From Bacteroidales bacterium (GTDB lineage: Bacteria; Bacteroidota; Bacteroidia; Bacteroidales; VadinHA17), in the NCBI GenBank assembly GCA_003141415.1, contig PLLX01000097.1, positions 10,315 to 74,314 of the forward strand: DNA of 64,000 bases, written 5' to 3'. Below the pieces are notes generated by a model. It had not been told where the DNA came from. It searched no databases and saw only the letters and a list, made by a program, of their open reading frames with translations. The first letter of the stretch is position 1. Each line of letters begins with the position of its first letter. The position numbers were made by a program, and so were the translations under genes. Shown one piece after another: positions 36,646 to 47,637 of the stretch.

Positions 36646-38673
36646 TTATTCCTTAATTATTTTTTGCATAAAGTTCCCGTCTTGTGTAATTATCTGGATC
36701 AGATAAATACCCCGGGAATAAGAACTCATGTCAAGTTTATATATTCCGGAATTAATATCAATTTTTCGTATTAATCTTCCCTGAAAATCAAATAGTTCTG
36801 CCATTTTAATTACTCCTGAAGATTCTATCGTGAGATTATCTTTTACAGGTGTGGGATAAAATTTCAACTCCATATTGCTTTCAGTCTCCGGAACAGACAC
36901 AATTGTATTTGCAGATGTTGTCCAGTTAGATGCCATACTATTATCTGAAAGCGGATCAATTAGTTCCAGATAGGACCCGTTACCATCAGCGTTAGGCCAG
37001 GGCGGGAGATTTGTATAACTGACACTGTCAATTACATTTCCAAAACCATCAGCCAGGACAAGGTTTTCTTCTTTGCTGGATAGATTCCTAGTAAACTGCC
37101 CTGATGAAGGAATGCCATATTTTGCCATAAAAACCCCGGAATTGCTGGCAAGTATCTTCTTTGAACCAGGTAAAATCTCAGAATATGCAGGGAACTGGTA
37201 GACAAATCCGGTTCCTCTGAAATAGACCCCTGTTAAGTCTGCTGTATTATTCCCTGTATTTTGTATTTCAATGAATTCCAGATCGTTGCTGATTGGAAAC
37301 TCAGCAGTTGCAGCAGGATTGTACATGATTTTCGTGATTACAAGCGAAGGAGTTACCACATTGCTGCAATTTGAATATGGACCAACATTTATAGTTATCC
37401 AGGCAATTCTAAGTTTCAACCAGTCTTTTATGTTATTTATCTCCATTGAAAGATTTGGCACAGTGCCCCATTTGATATTTTCCCTTACCGAAGCCTCGCT
37501 GATAGTCGCAACAATCTGGTCAATTAAGTTTTCAATAGTCAAAAGGTTTAGGGGCTGTCCTGTCTGGATAAGCTGATTCCACCTTTTAGACAGGTAACAT
37601 CTGAACTGCGCATTCACGAAAAGATCCTTCCAGAATTTAGGACCTTCATTATCTCCGTTAGCAAATTGCCATGTATCTGTTTTGCTCCTGTCAAAATTCC
37701 AGAGAAACAAATCGTTTCCAAAAGTCAGGTTATTGTCCCAGATTGGTCCTGCTCTGAGTTTCCCGTTCCTGTCCTTATGAAAAAATGTACTGAATTGATA
37801 GGCATCGGCATTCGCAGACAACTCACTTATTATCATGAAATCGACAAAAGATGGTATATCAATCACTGATGGATATCCATCTTCGAAAGAGGTGTTACCA
37901 GATGAAGCGGTACTGCTCAGCATCTCAAAAACAGAATGAATATAGTCATTTTGTTGAGTTGTTACATTCTCAGGTTTAGGAAGATCATGGATGAATGTCA
38001 CATCATCTCCTGCCAGATAACTTGGCATTGTCCAGGCAACCGGATCACCATTTGTTTTATCGGCTTTTGTGATATATCCCCCTGTAACTGCTGGCGAAAT
38101 ATTGTCTGTTGTGCCTATTTTCATGACGTCAACTCTGTCGGATCCCTGTTTAATTTTCTCCTGAAGAACATATAGTCCGTTGTAAGAGCCATTTATCACA
38201 ACTTCACAATAGACAGTTCTGCTTGCATATTCCCCGATCATCCTTGATAAATTATAGCAGATATAATCGCGTATAAGCGATGGTTCAAATCCAAGTCCGT
38301 TAAGAATCCAGTCATTGTCACTCGGCATTCCAAGTAAGCTTACGTTATTATTTGAAGTATTGTCGGCCTTTAACGTTGTCAGTCCAAATTGTTTTTTTGG
38401 CAGTACCTGTGAACTTGAGCCCCTTATTTCTATGTTTATACGGCCGTTGTAATTCAAATATCCGGTTGTATTCTGATCAGTAAGGTAATTTCGCAACCCA
38501 TTTCCCCTGTAAATTATCTTCATTGTGGCAAGAACCCTGGGGGAATCGGGTATTTCCACTCCCCCATCAGTATTTATTAATACAATAGGAAGATTGCTAT
38601 CTGTAAAGATCTGGGAAAAAGAAAACGCATAAGTACAAAACAGAAAACAAAATTGGGTAAAAAGTCGCTTCAT
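36646..38673 (-). CDS. CotH-family protein with a lamin-tail domain and a T9SS C-terminal sorting domain
   Basis: INIEIRGSSSQVLPKKQFGL (CotH), LVITKIMYNP...LEFIEIQNTGNNTADLTGVYF (LTD), and a C-terminal FYPTPVKDNLTIES...GIYLIQIIT (Por tail). Confidence 0.8.
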   Translation of the reverse strand: MKRLFTQFCFLFCTYAFSFSQIFTDSNLPIVLINTDGGVEIPDSPRVLATMKIIYRGNGLRNYLTDQNTTGYLNYNGRINIEIRGSSSQVLPKKQFGLTTLKADNTSNNNVSLLGMPSDNDWILNGLGFEPSLIRDYICYNLSRMIGEYASRTVYCEVVINGSYNGLYVLQEKIKQGSDRVDVMKIGTTDNISPAVTGGYITKADKTNGDPVAWTMPSYLAGDDVTFIHDLPKPENVTTQQNDYIHSVFEMLSSTASSGNTSFEDGYPSVIDIPSFVDFMIISELSANADAYQFSTFFHKDRNGKLRAGPIWDNNLTFGNDLFLWNFDRSKTDTWQFANGDNEGPKFWKDLFVNAQFRCYLSKRWNQLIQTGQPLNLLTIENLIDQIVATISEASVRENIKWGTVPNLSMEINNIKDWLKLRIAWITINVGPYSNCSNVVTPSLVITKIMYNPAATAEFPISNDLEFIEIQNTGNNTADLTGVYFRGTGFVYQFPAYSEILPGSKKILASNSGVFMAKYGIPSSGQFTRNLSSKEENLVLADGFGNVIDSVSYTNLPPWPNADGNGSYLELIDPLSDNSMASNWTTSANTIVSVPETESNMELKFYPTPVKDNLTIESSGVIKMAELFDFQGRLIRKIDINSGIYKLDMSSYSRGIYLIQIITQDGNFMQKIIKE

Positions 38674-38748
38674 TTTAATGTGATTAACTACCGATACAAA
38701 TGTGTCAATTATTTTCGAGTCTGTCGCAGACCTTGTTAAAATGTATTT

Positions 38749-41373
38749 TCAGAGCTTAATCACCTTAGCCAATACCCCCGGGACCTGAAGCAGATCGTAG
38801 TCGTTAGTGTAAATCAGAAACTTATCATTCCATTGTGGACTGAACTTTTCCTTATAATCCCTCTGGCCTTTGTAATGAGAAAAAGAACGGATTTTATCAT
38901 ATGCAAATTTCATTGACTTCTCGGTAAAGTTGTGAGGATCATCAAGCCCTGACATTGGAGCAAATCCCAGATTAATATATTTTACTCCCGTGTCTTTGAA
39001 ATGTTTAAAAAGCTCTACCAGGATATAATCCATGATCCCGTTGGGTGCATCGGCGGTCTTCCTCAGCAAATCATAAGTACCTTCGTTTTTTACGTAGTCA
39101 GGAACAATATTTAAAAAAGCGATAATCTTTTCTTCACTGTTTTCAATTGTGATTACAGTTTGTTCTTTTATCTCTTTTTCAACGAACATTCCCTGTGAAA
39201 AAATAATTTCATCGCGGTCCGTAAGTTTCAGCCATTCATCACTAACAGCCTTAAGTTTCTGGATCAAACCATCCCGGAGAGGAGGTGTATTTATATGAGT
39301 CGTATAACCCTGTTCTTTAATTTTGTTCAGAGCGTTTCTGATGGATTTTTTTTCACCTCCTTCCAGTGAAAATGAGTCGAGGTCAACTACTCCCTCCTGA
39401 CCAAGGAAAAGACTCTTCCTGGACAATTCAAAATAGACTGGCAGGCTCTCTTTTGGCACCCGGTAATAAATATCTTTAAGCCCGTTCTCATACGAATATT
39501 CACTGAAAGAGACAATACATTTTTTCATCTCATCCCTGTTTTCTGCAACAGGATTTTCAAGAACCACAGCAAAATTTCTGCTTACACGGTAGGAGATATA
39601 TGCATTAATCTCAGGAGGTGCAAATATAAATTTATCAGAATATGTTTTGAAAAAATCGAGAGAGGAATTTCCGAATTGCCGCGTTAGTGTTTTTGCCCTG
39701 TCTATTTCCACATCTGTCGGGGTAACCCTGAATACATATGGCCTTACAAGTGAGTAGACCAGAAATGATATTGAGGCGAAACCGCTTATCTTGATAAGGT
39801 AAATAAAATCACGTGCAAAAGCGTCACGCGGTATCAGATCATTGCTGCCAATGAGAAAAAAGTTCTGAATCGTATACCAGAATGACTGAACAATATTAAA
39901 ATCAATCTGAAAATGTTTTTTATCGAGGAAGTAGAATCCCACCACGCCATATAGTAGAACAGCCGCCATACTTAGCATAGCTGTCTGTAACCCCACTGTC
40001 CCCAGTCTTGGATTTGTTTTTATATGGTACTCTTTTCTGGTCGCAATCAGGGAGCCGAGAATAAGAAGCGCTATCGTTGATTCTTCATAATCAATGCCTT
40101 TGGTAATATGTCCAAAAACCGAAAGAACGGTTAGCCCTATTGCAAACCACCAGGCTGTTCGCAATCCTCTTAACATAAATGCTGCAGTAACCAAAAGAAA
40201 TAATCCGGCAATAAATACGAAGCTGTTTGAGAAGCTGACAAAACCAACAAGCAAATAATCTTTAAGAAGCCTGAGTCGGTCAGGAAGAGCAGGTGTTAGT
40301 ACAGAAATGATATTCACAATACCAAGAGCAAAGATCAAAACTGCAGGAAAAATCCTCATTATCAGTTTATCAACCTTTAAGAGAAAGCTCACAATACCTG
40401 TAAAGAGAGGAAGCCAGAATTCAAAAAACCTGAAAAGCAGTGTTATCGCAATGGCATCAACACTACTGAAGCCTGAATGAATAAGAACATATGTCATTGA
40501 AACTTCAATTGCTCCAAGCCCACGCAGAAACGGTGATATAATCAGGAATATTACGACAACTATATAAGCTATGATTGCAGTTGAAAGGGAAGGTGGAAGA
40601 TTAAGAGCTATCATCGATATATAGACGTGTGCGATTCCCACAAACTCGATCAGGATAGAGATTAATACAGTATAAACAAATTGTGTCCTGTTTATCCTGT
40701 TATTCTTCATATCTTCAATAAAAAGATCAGCTTTTGGATAAATTTTTAAAATCAGAGAGTACAGCTTCCATTTTCTTAAAAGTGAATAATAAACAAATAC
40801 AAAGAATAACAAAATCACGACAACTCCGCCAAGGGCATACCATCTGCCCATGGCAATACTTCCTCCTGAAACGACAAATAGAAAAGCAGGTATAGCAACA
40901 ATTACAACAGACAGAATTCCTACAAACGCATAAATGGAAGAGGCAAAATAGATCTGTGTTCTTGTGATCCCCTTTTTTTCTATTTCTTTTGTGAAAAATG
41001 CCAGAGAAGATACAGCGCCGGCAGGCAGAAAGACGCTTATGAAATTGCGTTTCAAAAAAAGAATTATTGCATCCCATAGCCTCAGTCTGGTGTTAATTGA
41101 AGCAAAAGATGTCACATACATCACTCCCTGAATGAAAATATAAAAGATAACCAGACCCAGACCGGCGATTACCCAATTCCGATTCGCCTCGGAAAGAATA
41201 TTCCTGACTTTTAACAGTTCATGTTTTTGATGAAAGATAAACCACGCTGCCAAAACGATGAAAAGTGCAGTAAAAAGAAACTGGGTAATTAGTTTCGCAT
41301 TTTCATTAAGAAAGATGAAGACTTTCTCTTTAAAAAAGTTCCGGACAGAGGTTGATGTGTTTTCTTTTATCAT
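38749..41373 (-). CDS. mprF: Bifunctional lysyl-phosphatidylglycerol flippase/synthase MprF
   Basis: About 14 TM helices, then a C-terminal DUF2156/LPG-synthase domain (INLGFAPMSG...FSHYKGQRDYKEKFSPQW). Confidence 0.85.
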   Translation of the reverse strand: MIKENTSTSVRNFFKEKVFIFLNENAKLITQFLFTALFIVLAAWFIFHQKHELLKVRNILSEANRNWVIAGLGLVIFYIFIQGVMYVTSFASINTRLRLWDAIILFLKRNFISVFLPAGAVSSLAFFTKEIEKKGITRTQIYFASSIYAFVGILSVVIVAIPAFLFVVSGGSIAMGRWYALGGVVVILLFFVFVYYSLLRKWKLYSLILKIYPKADLFIEDMKNNRINRTQFVYTVLISILIEFVGIAHVYISMIALNLPPSLSTAIIAYIVVVIFLIISPFLRGLGAIEVSMTYVLIHSGFSSVDAIAITLLFRFFEFWLPLFTGIVSFLLKVDKLIMRIFPAVLIFALGIVNIISVLTPALPDRLRLLKDYLLVGFVSFSNSFVFIAGLFLLVTAAFMLRGLRTAWWFAIGLTVLSVFGHITKGIDYEESTIALLILGSLIATRKEYHIKTNPRLGTVGLQTAMLSMAAVLLYGVVGFYFLDKKHFQIDFNIVQSFWYTIQNFFLIGSNDLIPRDAFARDFIYLIKISGFASISFLVYSLVRPYVFRVTPTDVEIDRAKTLTRQFGNSSLDFFKTYSDKFIFAPPEINAYISYRVSRNFAVVLENPVAENRDEMKKCIVSFSEYSYENGLKDIYYRVPKESLPVYFELSRKSLFLGQEGVVDLDSFSLEGGEKKSIRNALNKIKEQGYTTHINTPPLRDGLIQKLKAVSDEWLKLTDRDEIIFSQGMFVEKEIKEQTVITIENSEEKIIAFLNIVPDYVKNEGTYDLLRKTADAPNGIMDYILVELFKHFKDTGVKYINLGFAPMSGLDDPHNFTEKSMKFAYDKIRSFSHYKGQRDYKEKFSPQWNDKFLIYTNDYDLLQVPGVLAKVIKL

Positions 41374-41475
41374 TGAATGTTAACCAAAGTTATGAGTTCC
41401 AATTATTAAATTCACTCCGAATAGCATTTTTCTGTTATTGAAAATTTGACTCAACTAATCCAAAGTTACGATTTT

Positions 41476-42903
41476 TCAAAAAGCTTTATTCTCTTTCATG
41501 GTCTGCATGATTAACGGAAGATTAAATTTATAATGATGATCACCCGGAATTCTTCTGATTATTACAGATGTTCCGCTCAATAATCCCGGAATCTCAGTTT
41601 TCTCACCGTCTCCGAAAATTATAAGGGTTGGCACGCTCTGCATTTTTATGATCTCATCGATTGTGTTATAGGTGTTCTGCCGGTTGCCCATTCCCAGCAT
41701 ATTTGAAATATGTATTTCAAAGTCGGTGGTTGTGGCCGGAGATAAGAGTACTGCAGATTCAATCTTTGATTTTATCTGTTCCGGTAACCTGTTCACAATA
41801 AACGGAACAATTTCAGCACCTAAAGAATAACCTATCAGAACAAACTTCTCTCTGGCCCATTCTTTACCATAAAAATTCAAAACCTTGGCTATGTCCGATG
41901 CAGTCTCTTCAGGTGTGCGTCGTTTCCAGAAATATTTTTTTGAATCGAGACCTACTGTAGGAATTCCCTTTATGGCAAGATTATCAGCTATTGACTGTTC
42001 AAAACCATACCACCCGCCATCACCGGAAATCAACAACACGACCGGTGCCTGCTTGTCCTGAACTTTGGAATTTGTAATAGTTACGGGAAGGTTTTTAACC
42101 TCATCAATATTAACCTTTGGAGGCTTATCTTTTTCATATCTGTCGATTAACCGGTTAAAGGCCTCTTTCCATTGAGGCATAAATTCACTCCCCTTTGAAA
42201 AACCATGTCCCACTTTTGGTAAAGCGACTATTTCGGCATTTTTTGTTTTGGAGACAAAATCCGCAACTTTTGAATAGCTGCATATTTTATCTGCCTGACC
42301 CTGAAGAACTATCCAGGGGTTTCCAAGTTTTTCATCAGGTTGAAGAAGATACCGTTTCCCTGGAATCTCAACTGTTTCAGTAATGCCGTTAATCTGGCAA
42401 AACATCTTAGGAAGTTCAATGTCGGGACAAAACCCAAGTGAGACACCTCCGATAAATGTACCGGGCCGGGCCTGGGCCAGGATCCCATAAACAAGCATTG
42501 CTCCGTGTGAATATCCCATTATTACAGGTGGCTTATAATCGGGAAAATCGTATTTCTTTTCTATTTCGGTAGCCAGCTGTACGAAATCCGCTGAAATATT
42601 ATAGCAATCGTCTGTACGATTCTTTAGATCCTTAAAATATCTCAGAATATCAACACCGATTACCAGGGTATTCATTTCAGAGAATGTCTGAGAGAATCCG
42701 GTAACCTCCGATTTCCAGCCGCCATCTCCGGAAATCATCACTATTACATTCCGAGGTGTGGTTGTCCGGTTATAAATATAAATTTTGCCAAATGAAGGAA
42801 CATTCAGAGAGTCATTTGGCATTTCTGCCATAGCCGGATATAGTATTGCCGATAAAAGGATGAAAAGAGTTATTAGAATAGATGATAGATTTTTAGTCTT
42901 CAT
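41476..42903 (-). CDS. AcvB/VirJ-family protein (aminoacyl-PG hydrolase-like)
   Basis: Duplicated alpha/beta-hydrolase-like halves (ISGDGGW twice; GYSHGA and GYSLGA nucleophile elbows). It sits immediately downstream of mprF. Confidence 0.75.
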   Translation of the reverse strand: MKTKNLSSILITLFILLSAILYPAMAEMPNDSLNVPSFGKIYIYNRTTTPRNVIVMISGDGGWKSEVTGFSQTFSEMNTLVIGVDILRYFKDLKNRTDDCYNISADFVQLATEIEKKYDFPDYKPPVIMGYSHGAMLVYGILAQARPGTFIGGVSLGFCPDIELPKMFCQINGITETVEIPGKRYLLQPDEKLGNPWIVLQGQADKICSYSKVADFVSKTKNAEIVALPKVGHGFSKGSEFMPQWKEAFNRLIDRYEKDKPPKVNIDEVKNLPVTITNSKVQDKQAPVVLLISGDGGWYGFEQSIADNLAIKGIPTVGLDSKKYFWKRRTPEETASDIAKVLNFYGKEWAREKFVLIGYSLGAEIVPFIVNRLPEQIKSKIESAVLLSPATTTDFEIHISNMLGMGNRQNTYNTIDEIIKMQSVPTLIIFGDGEKTEIPGLLSGTSVIIRRIPGDHHYKFNLPLIMQTMKENKAF

Positions 42904-43034
42904 TCAGAAAAATTATTTTTTATAGTTAATAGCCTTTCCTGGTGAAACTTTGTGTCTTGTTGTCTTAGGGGAAATCTTTATTTACCCACACGACGACCAG
43001 GCGCAAAGTTACAAGAAGAAATCTATCTGGTTTT

Positions 43035-44717
43035 TCAGATCAGCTTCTTGTACTTTATTCTTGCCGGAGTTGTATCAGCAACTCTCTTTTTATAGTTTTC
43101 TTCATAGTCAGAGTAATTCCCCTCGAACCATACGACTTTTGAATTACCTTCAAAAGCCAGCATGTGTGTTGTGACCCTGTCGAGAAACCACCTGTCGTGG
43201 GATATTATTACTGCACATCCTGCAAAATTCTCAAGACCTTCCTCCAGTGCTCTCAGAGTATTAACATCTATATCGTTTGTTGGTTCGTCAAGTAGCAAAA
43301 CATTTGCCCCTGATTTCAGTGTCAGAGCAAGATGCAGTCTGTTTCTCTCTCCTCCTGACAGGACACCACATTTCTTTTCCTGATCGGCTCCAGTGAAATT
43401 AAACCGGGCTACGTAAGCTCTTGCATTCACAAGACGACTGCCTACCATTACATCGTTCTGACCTCCCGAAATCACTTCATATACAGTTTTCGCCGGATCA
43501 ATTGCTGCGTGTGCCTGATCAACATATCCCAGGGTAACAGTATCTCCTGTTGTAAATGTACCCTTTGTCGCCTCTTCCTGTCCCATTATCATTCTGAAGA
43601 GAGTTGTTTTCCCGGCGCCATTCGGTCCAATAACACCAACTATACCGTTTGGAGGAAGGCTGAATTCAAGATCTTCAAAAAGCAATTTATTATCAAATGA
43701 TTTCGTAACTGACCTAGCCTCTATTACTTTATCACCCAGCCTGGGCCCGTTTGGAATAAATATTTCAAGCTTATCTTCCTTTTGTTTTACATCCTGATTA
43801 AGCAGGTTCTCATAAGCACCTAATCTTGCTTTCGATTTGGCGCGGCGTGCCTTAGGTGACATCCTTACCCATTCGAGCTCCCGTTCAAGTATCTTTCTTC
43901 TTTTAACATTTCCTTTCTCCTCCGACTCAAGCCTTTTGGCTTTCTGTTCAAGCCATGAAGAATAATTACCTTTCCAGGGAATGCCTTCACCCCTATCAAG
44001 TTCCAGTATCCATCCTGCAACATTATCAAGAAAATACCGATCGTGGGTGATACAGATCACGGTTCCATTATATTGTTTAAGAGTAGTTTCAAGCCATTGT
44101 ACCGATTCGGCATCGAGGTGGTTTGTAGGTTCATCCAGCAGCAATATATCGGGTTGTTGTAAAAGTAAACGGCATAAGGCTACTCTTCTGCGTTCGCCAC
44201 CCGAAAGGACATTAACCCTCGCGTTGCTGTCAGGGCACCGAAGTGCATCCATTGCACGTTCAAGTTTATGTTCGATATTCCATCCGTCAGCATAATCAAT
44301 CTTCTCCTGGAGAATAGCCTGTCTGTCTATAAGTTGCTGCATCTTATAAGGATTTTCATAAACTTCCGGATCGCCAAAGCTGTTGTTTATCTTCTCGAAT
44401 TCCTTTATAATCTCTATCGTTCCTTTCACGCCTTCTTCAACAATTTCTCTAACACTGCGGTTTTCTTCAAGCAGCGGATCCTGAGAAAGATGCCCTACTG
44501 AATACCCAGGAAGAAAGGTAACATCTCCCTGATATTCCTTTTCCATACCGGCAATAATTTTCAGAAGTGTAGATTTCCCCGATCCGTTTAAACCGATTAT
44601 CCCGATCTTGGCACCAAGAAAGAATGACAGAGAAATGTCTTTAAGTACCTGCCTGTGAGGAGGGAAAGATTTTCCCACTCTAAACATCGAAAAAATGATC
44701 TTATTGTCATCAGCCAT
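43035..44717 (-). CDS. ettA: ABC-F translational throttle protein EttA
   Basis: Start MADDNKIIFSM at 44717. Two ABC cassettes (GLNGSGKST, GPNGAGKTT; LSGGERRRVAL, LSGGERNRLHL). Confidence 0.92.
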   Translation of the reverse strand: MADDNKIIFSMFRVGKSFPPHRQVLKDISLSFFLGAKIGIIGLNGSGKSTLLKIIAGMEKEYQGDVTFLPGYSVGHLSQDPLLEENRSVREIVEEGVKGTIEIIKEFEKINNSFGDPEVYENPYKMQQLIDRQAILQEKIDYADGWNIEHKLERAMDALRCPDSNARVNVLSGGERRRVALCRLLLQQPDILLLDEPTNHLDAESVQWLETTLKQYNGTVICITHDRYFLDNVAGWILELDRGEGIPWKGNYSSWLEQKAKRLESEEKGNVKRRKILERELEWVRMSPKARRAKSKARLGAYENLLNQDVKQKEDKLEIFIPNGPRLGDKVIEARSVTKSFDNKLLFEDLEFSLPPNGIVGVIGPNGAGKTTLFRMIMGQEEATKGTFTTGDTVTLGYVDQAHAAIDPAKTVYEVISGGQNDVMVGSRLVNARAYVARFNFTGADQEKKCGVLSGGERNRLHLALTLKSGANVLLLDEPTNDIDVNTLRALEEGLENFAGCAVIISHDRWFLDRVTTHMLAFEGNSKVVWFEGNYSDYEENYKKRVADTTPARIKYKKLI

Positions 44718-44797
44718 AATATAACAGTTAATTATACAGCAAAAATAAGTAGAGACGCCCAAATTGGGCGTCTCTACACCAATATTTTTTTCAGATT

Positions 44798-45175
44798 TTA
44801 TTTCTTTTCGAACAATTTAATAGTTTCATCCTGCAATAATACCCACAAAAAATATACGCCTTTCAGGGTTCCGATAGGAATATTCAGGCATCCCAGAGCT
44901 GAGACAACAATTACCAGGTATCTTGCCCATGGCTGATAAGTAAAAAGCCCTATACCTCCAACAAGTCCAAGTGTTGACAGAAACCCGATAAGTACAGGAA
45001 TACTGATTGACAATAATTTCAATACCGAACTTGCCACGTCATCACCTCCGACCTGACTTCTCGCAAAATTCAGAGCAAAGAAAGCGGCAACTGCTGCAAT
45101 CAGACCAAGTACCCCGAAGCCAATTTGAATCGCTCCAACCACGGTTACATGCTTTTTCATTTTTGAATCTTCCAT
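44798..45175 (-). CDS. Small integral membrane protein (hypothetical)
   Basis: 125 aa with about four TM helices. Confidence 0.5.
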   Translation of the reverse strand: MEDSKMKKHVTVVGAIQIGFGVLGLIAAVAAFFALNFARSQVGGDDVASSVLKLLSISIPVLIGFLSTLGLVGGIGLFTYQPWARYLVIVVSALGCLNIPIGTLKGVYFLWVLLQDETIKLFEKK

Positions 45176-45346
45176 GACAATTAATTTTTATGCAATTTAT
45201 AAATATTTTCATTCCTGCTCAAATGACTGATATTTTAGTGAATTGATGCATCATGCTCTTTATTATTTTATCGGAGTAACCATTTTATATTAATTCGGCA
45301 CCATGGAAAAGAGAGTTTTAGTATATTTGTTTTTAAAATAACCTCT

Positions 45347-45571
45347 ATGAAAAGGAAATTAATGTTTGCTGCCGGATTTATTTTCATTGCTTTATCATTT
45401 ACATCATGTCAGAAAAATTGTAAAGTCTGCCAGCAAAATACTTATGATTCAGGAGGTAATATACTGACAACCGGGAGTGACACTGAATATTGTGATGCCT
45501 CATTACTCCGTGTAGAAGCAACTCCTGATGTCACAGTGTTAGGTGTTACAACCAAATGGGTTTGCAGGTAA
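45347..45571 (+). CDS. Small Cys-rich lipoprotein (hypothetical)
   Basis: Lipobox FTSCQ and five further or paired Cys (CKVC...C...C). Confidence 0.45.
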   Translation: MKRKLMFAAGFIFIALSFTSCQKNCKVCQQNTYDSGGNILTTGSDTEYCDASLLRVEATPDVTVLGVTTKWVCR

Positions 45572-47467
45572 TCAATACCGGACCCCGATTAAAGTCACAT
45601 CATCAATCTGAGGACCGTCGCCACGCCACTCCTCAAATATCTCATTCAGCCGTTCGCCCTGTTTAAGCATTGGCATTCCGGCCATTGCAACAAGTGTTTC
45701 CCGGAGTTGCAATGACATGAATTTTTTCTGTTTTGGCCCGCCAAACTGATCAGCAAAACCATCTGAGAAAATATAAAACGCATCGCCTTTCTGAATATCT
45801 ATTTTATGAAGAGTGAACGGCTCCATCTTATAATGAATTGCCACGGGCATTTTATCGGCCCTGTAGTGAGTCAGTTCTCCCCCTCTGACAAGATACAACG
45901 GATTATTTGCACCGGCATACCACAAAATGTTTTTATCAAAATCAACAACACATACAGCAATATCCATCCCGTCTTTAATGCTATCCTCTTCAGCAACCTG
46001 TTTCAATGATTTTATTATTCCCTGGCGCAGGTTTTCTATTATCTGGTCGGGAGCCAGTATATGCTTCCCATTTACAATTTCATTAAGCATTGTTACCCCA
46101 AGCATACTCATAAATGCTCCGGGGACTCCATGTCCGGTACAGTCAGCTGAAATTATCACCTGCGGATTGTCCTGAGTGCTTACCCAATAAAAATCACCGC
46201 TGACAATTGCCAGAGGTTTATATATAATGAAGTGTTCAAGCTTATCGCTGAATAGTTCAAGAGATGGTATCAATGCAGTCTGTATCCTCTTTGCATACAT
46301 GATACTATCTTCTATGTGCCTTTTCTGGTAGCTGATCTGATCTCTCTGGGCAGCTGCAAGATCCCTCTGCTTTTCAATTTCATCTTTTTGCAGTGAGATT
46401 GTTCTGTTCTTCTCCTCAAGCCTGATATTCGCCTCTTTCTTTATTTTATATCCCCTGTAGATATAGTACCCCAGGAAACTGACAAGAAGAAGGGCGAAAA
46501 GAACAAAATAAAGTACCAGTTTTTGTTTTTCAATTGCTTCAAGCTGGACTTTTATCTTACTGTCCTGTTCTGAAATTCTTTTCAGTTGCTCATCTATCCT
46601 TGCCAACTGAATTGTGATCTTTCCCTTTTGTCTTGCAAGAGTATCCTTCTGAACCTGAACTTCATTCTGTTGAACGACTATCGTCTGCTTCTGGACTGAT
46701 ATTTCTCCCTGTTGTTTGCTAATCTGAACAAATTGTTTTTCAAGAACTTTTTGCTTTTCATTCAATGTCTTCACCTTTGTTGTTATCTCTTTGTCCAGAC
46801 TGTCAAGAAGGGCTTTCTGATGAAGTATTTCCCCTTTCTGGGTTTTAATCATATCTAATTGCTGCCGAATAGTATCCCTTTGTATAATAATCTGTTCATT
46901 TGCCTTACCAAAGAGATTTTCCCAGTCTTCTTTGGTTTTAATAGCCTGAGTCATCATATTTGAATTCACCTTCATGCCTGCTTTATTGATCATGTCTTCA
47001 TTCACCCCATATTTAGGCATCTCACCTTCCACTCCCATAAAATTTATCATTGATTCCCTGAATTCATATCCCTCTGTCAGAAGAAGGGTCTGATGTTTCT
47101 CTATAACTGCCTTAACTTTATTCAAATTGAAGCCACTTGACTTATTAACATATAATATCTGTGTAAATGTTATCTGACTTTCAGAGTTGAATTTTACAAT
47201 TTCTACAGGCTTATCCTGGATTTTTGTTCTTGTTTTCCTCAGATTTCCCAATTCGAAAAATAAATACTCATCTTTATCAAGGATTCCTATTCTGAAAACT
47301 GATGAATCTGCAAATCCCTGTCCGTAGTCAATGTACTTTGCAATATCAAAAATAAAAACAGCCCTTGTACCATTATTTAGACCTGCCTGTCCAAAAGATT
47401 TATTGATCATTAATAACAATCCTAAAAAAAGAACCAAAACTTTGATAAAGCGAATTTGTCTTAGCAT
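45572..47467 (-). CDS. SpoIIE/PP2C phosphatase with a YfiR-like (DUF4154) periplasmic domain, a long coiled coil and one TM helix
   Basis: N-terminal AVFIFDIAKYIDYG...FRIGILD (DUF4154-like), a Q/K-rich coiled coil, a TM (LVLYFVLFALLLVSFLGYYIY), then SGDFYWV, DCTGHGVPGAFMS, SDGFADQFGG and DDVTLIGVRY. Confidence 0.8.
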   Translation of the reverse strand: MLRQIRFIKVLVLFLGLLLMINKSFGQAGLNNGTRAVFIFDIAKYIDYGQGFADSSVFRIGILDKDEYLFFELGNLRKTRTKIQDKPVEIVKFNSESQITFTQILYVNKSSGFNLNKVKAVIEKHQTLLLTEGYEFRESMINFMGVEGEMPKYGVNEDMINKAGMKVNSNMMTQAIKTKEDWENLFGKANEQIIIQRDTIRQQLDMIKTQKGEILHQKALLDSLDKEITTKVKTLNEKQKVLEKQFVQISKQQGEISVQKQTIVVQQNEVQVQKDTLARQKGKITIQLARIDEQLKRISEQDSKIKVQLEAIEKQKLVLYFVLFALLLVSFLGYYIYRGYKIKKEANIRLEEKNRTISLQKDEIEKQRDLAAAQRDQISYQKRHIEDSIMYAKRIQTALIPSLELFSDKLEHFIIYKPLAIVSGDFYWVSTQDNPQVIISADCTGHGVPGAFMSMLGVTMLNEIVNGKHILAPDQIIENLRQGIIKSLKQVAEEDSIKDGMDIAVCVVDFDKNILWYAGANNPLYLVRGGELTHYRADKMPVAIHYKMEPFTLHKIDIQKGDAFYIFSDGFADQFGGPKQKKFMSLQLRETLVAMAGMPMLKQGERLNEIFEEWRGDGPQIDDVTLIGVRY

Positions 47468-47637
47468 GATATTGAGGATTTATTAATACGAAATTGCATA
47501 ATATAATTCAGGAAACCAAATATCTCCTTTACTACATATTATGAGCTGTGTTGATAAAATGTTAATAATTGTGTAATTATGCAGGCTTAAGATCCTTTAC
47601 TTATCGTAATTTTATAGATGTTTAATCAGATTTCTAA

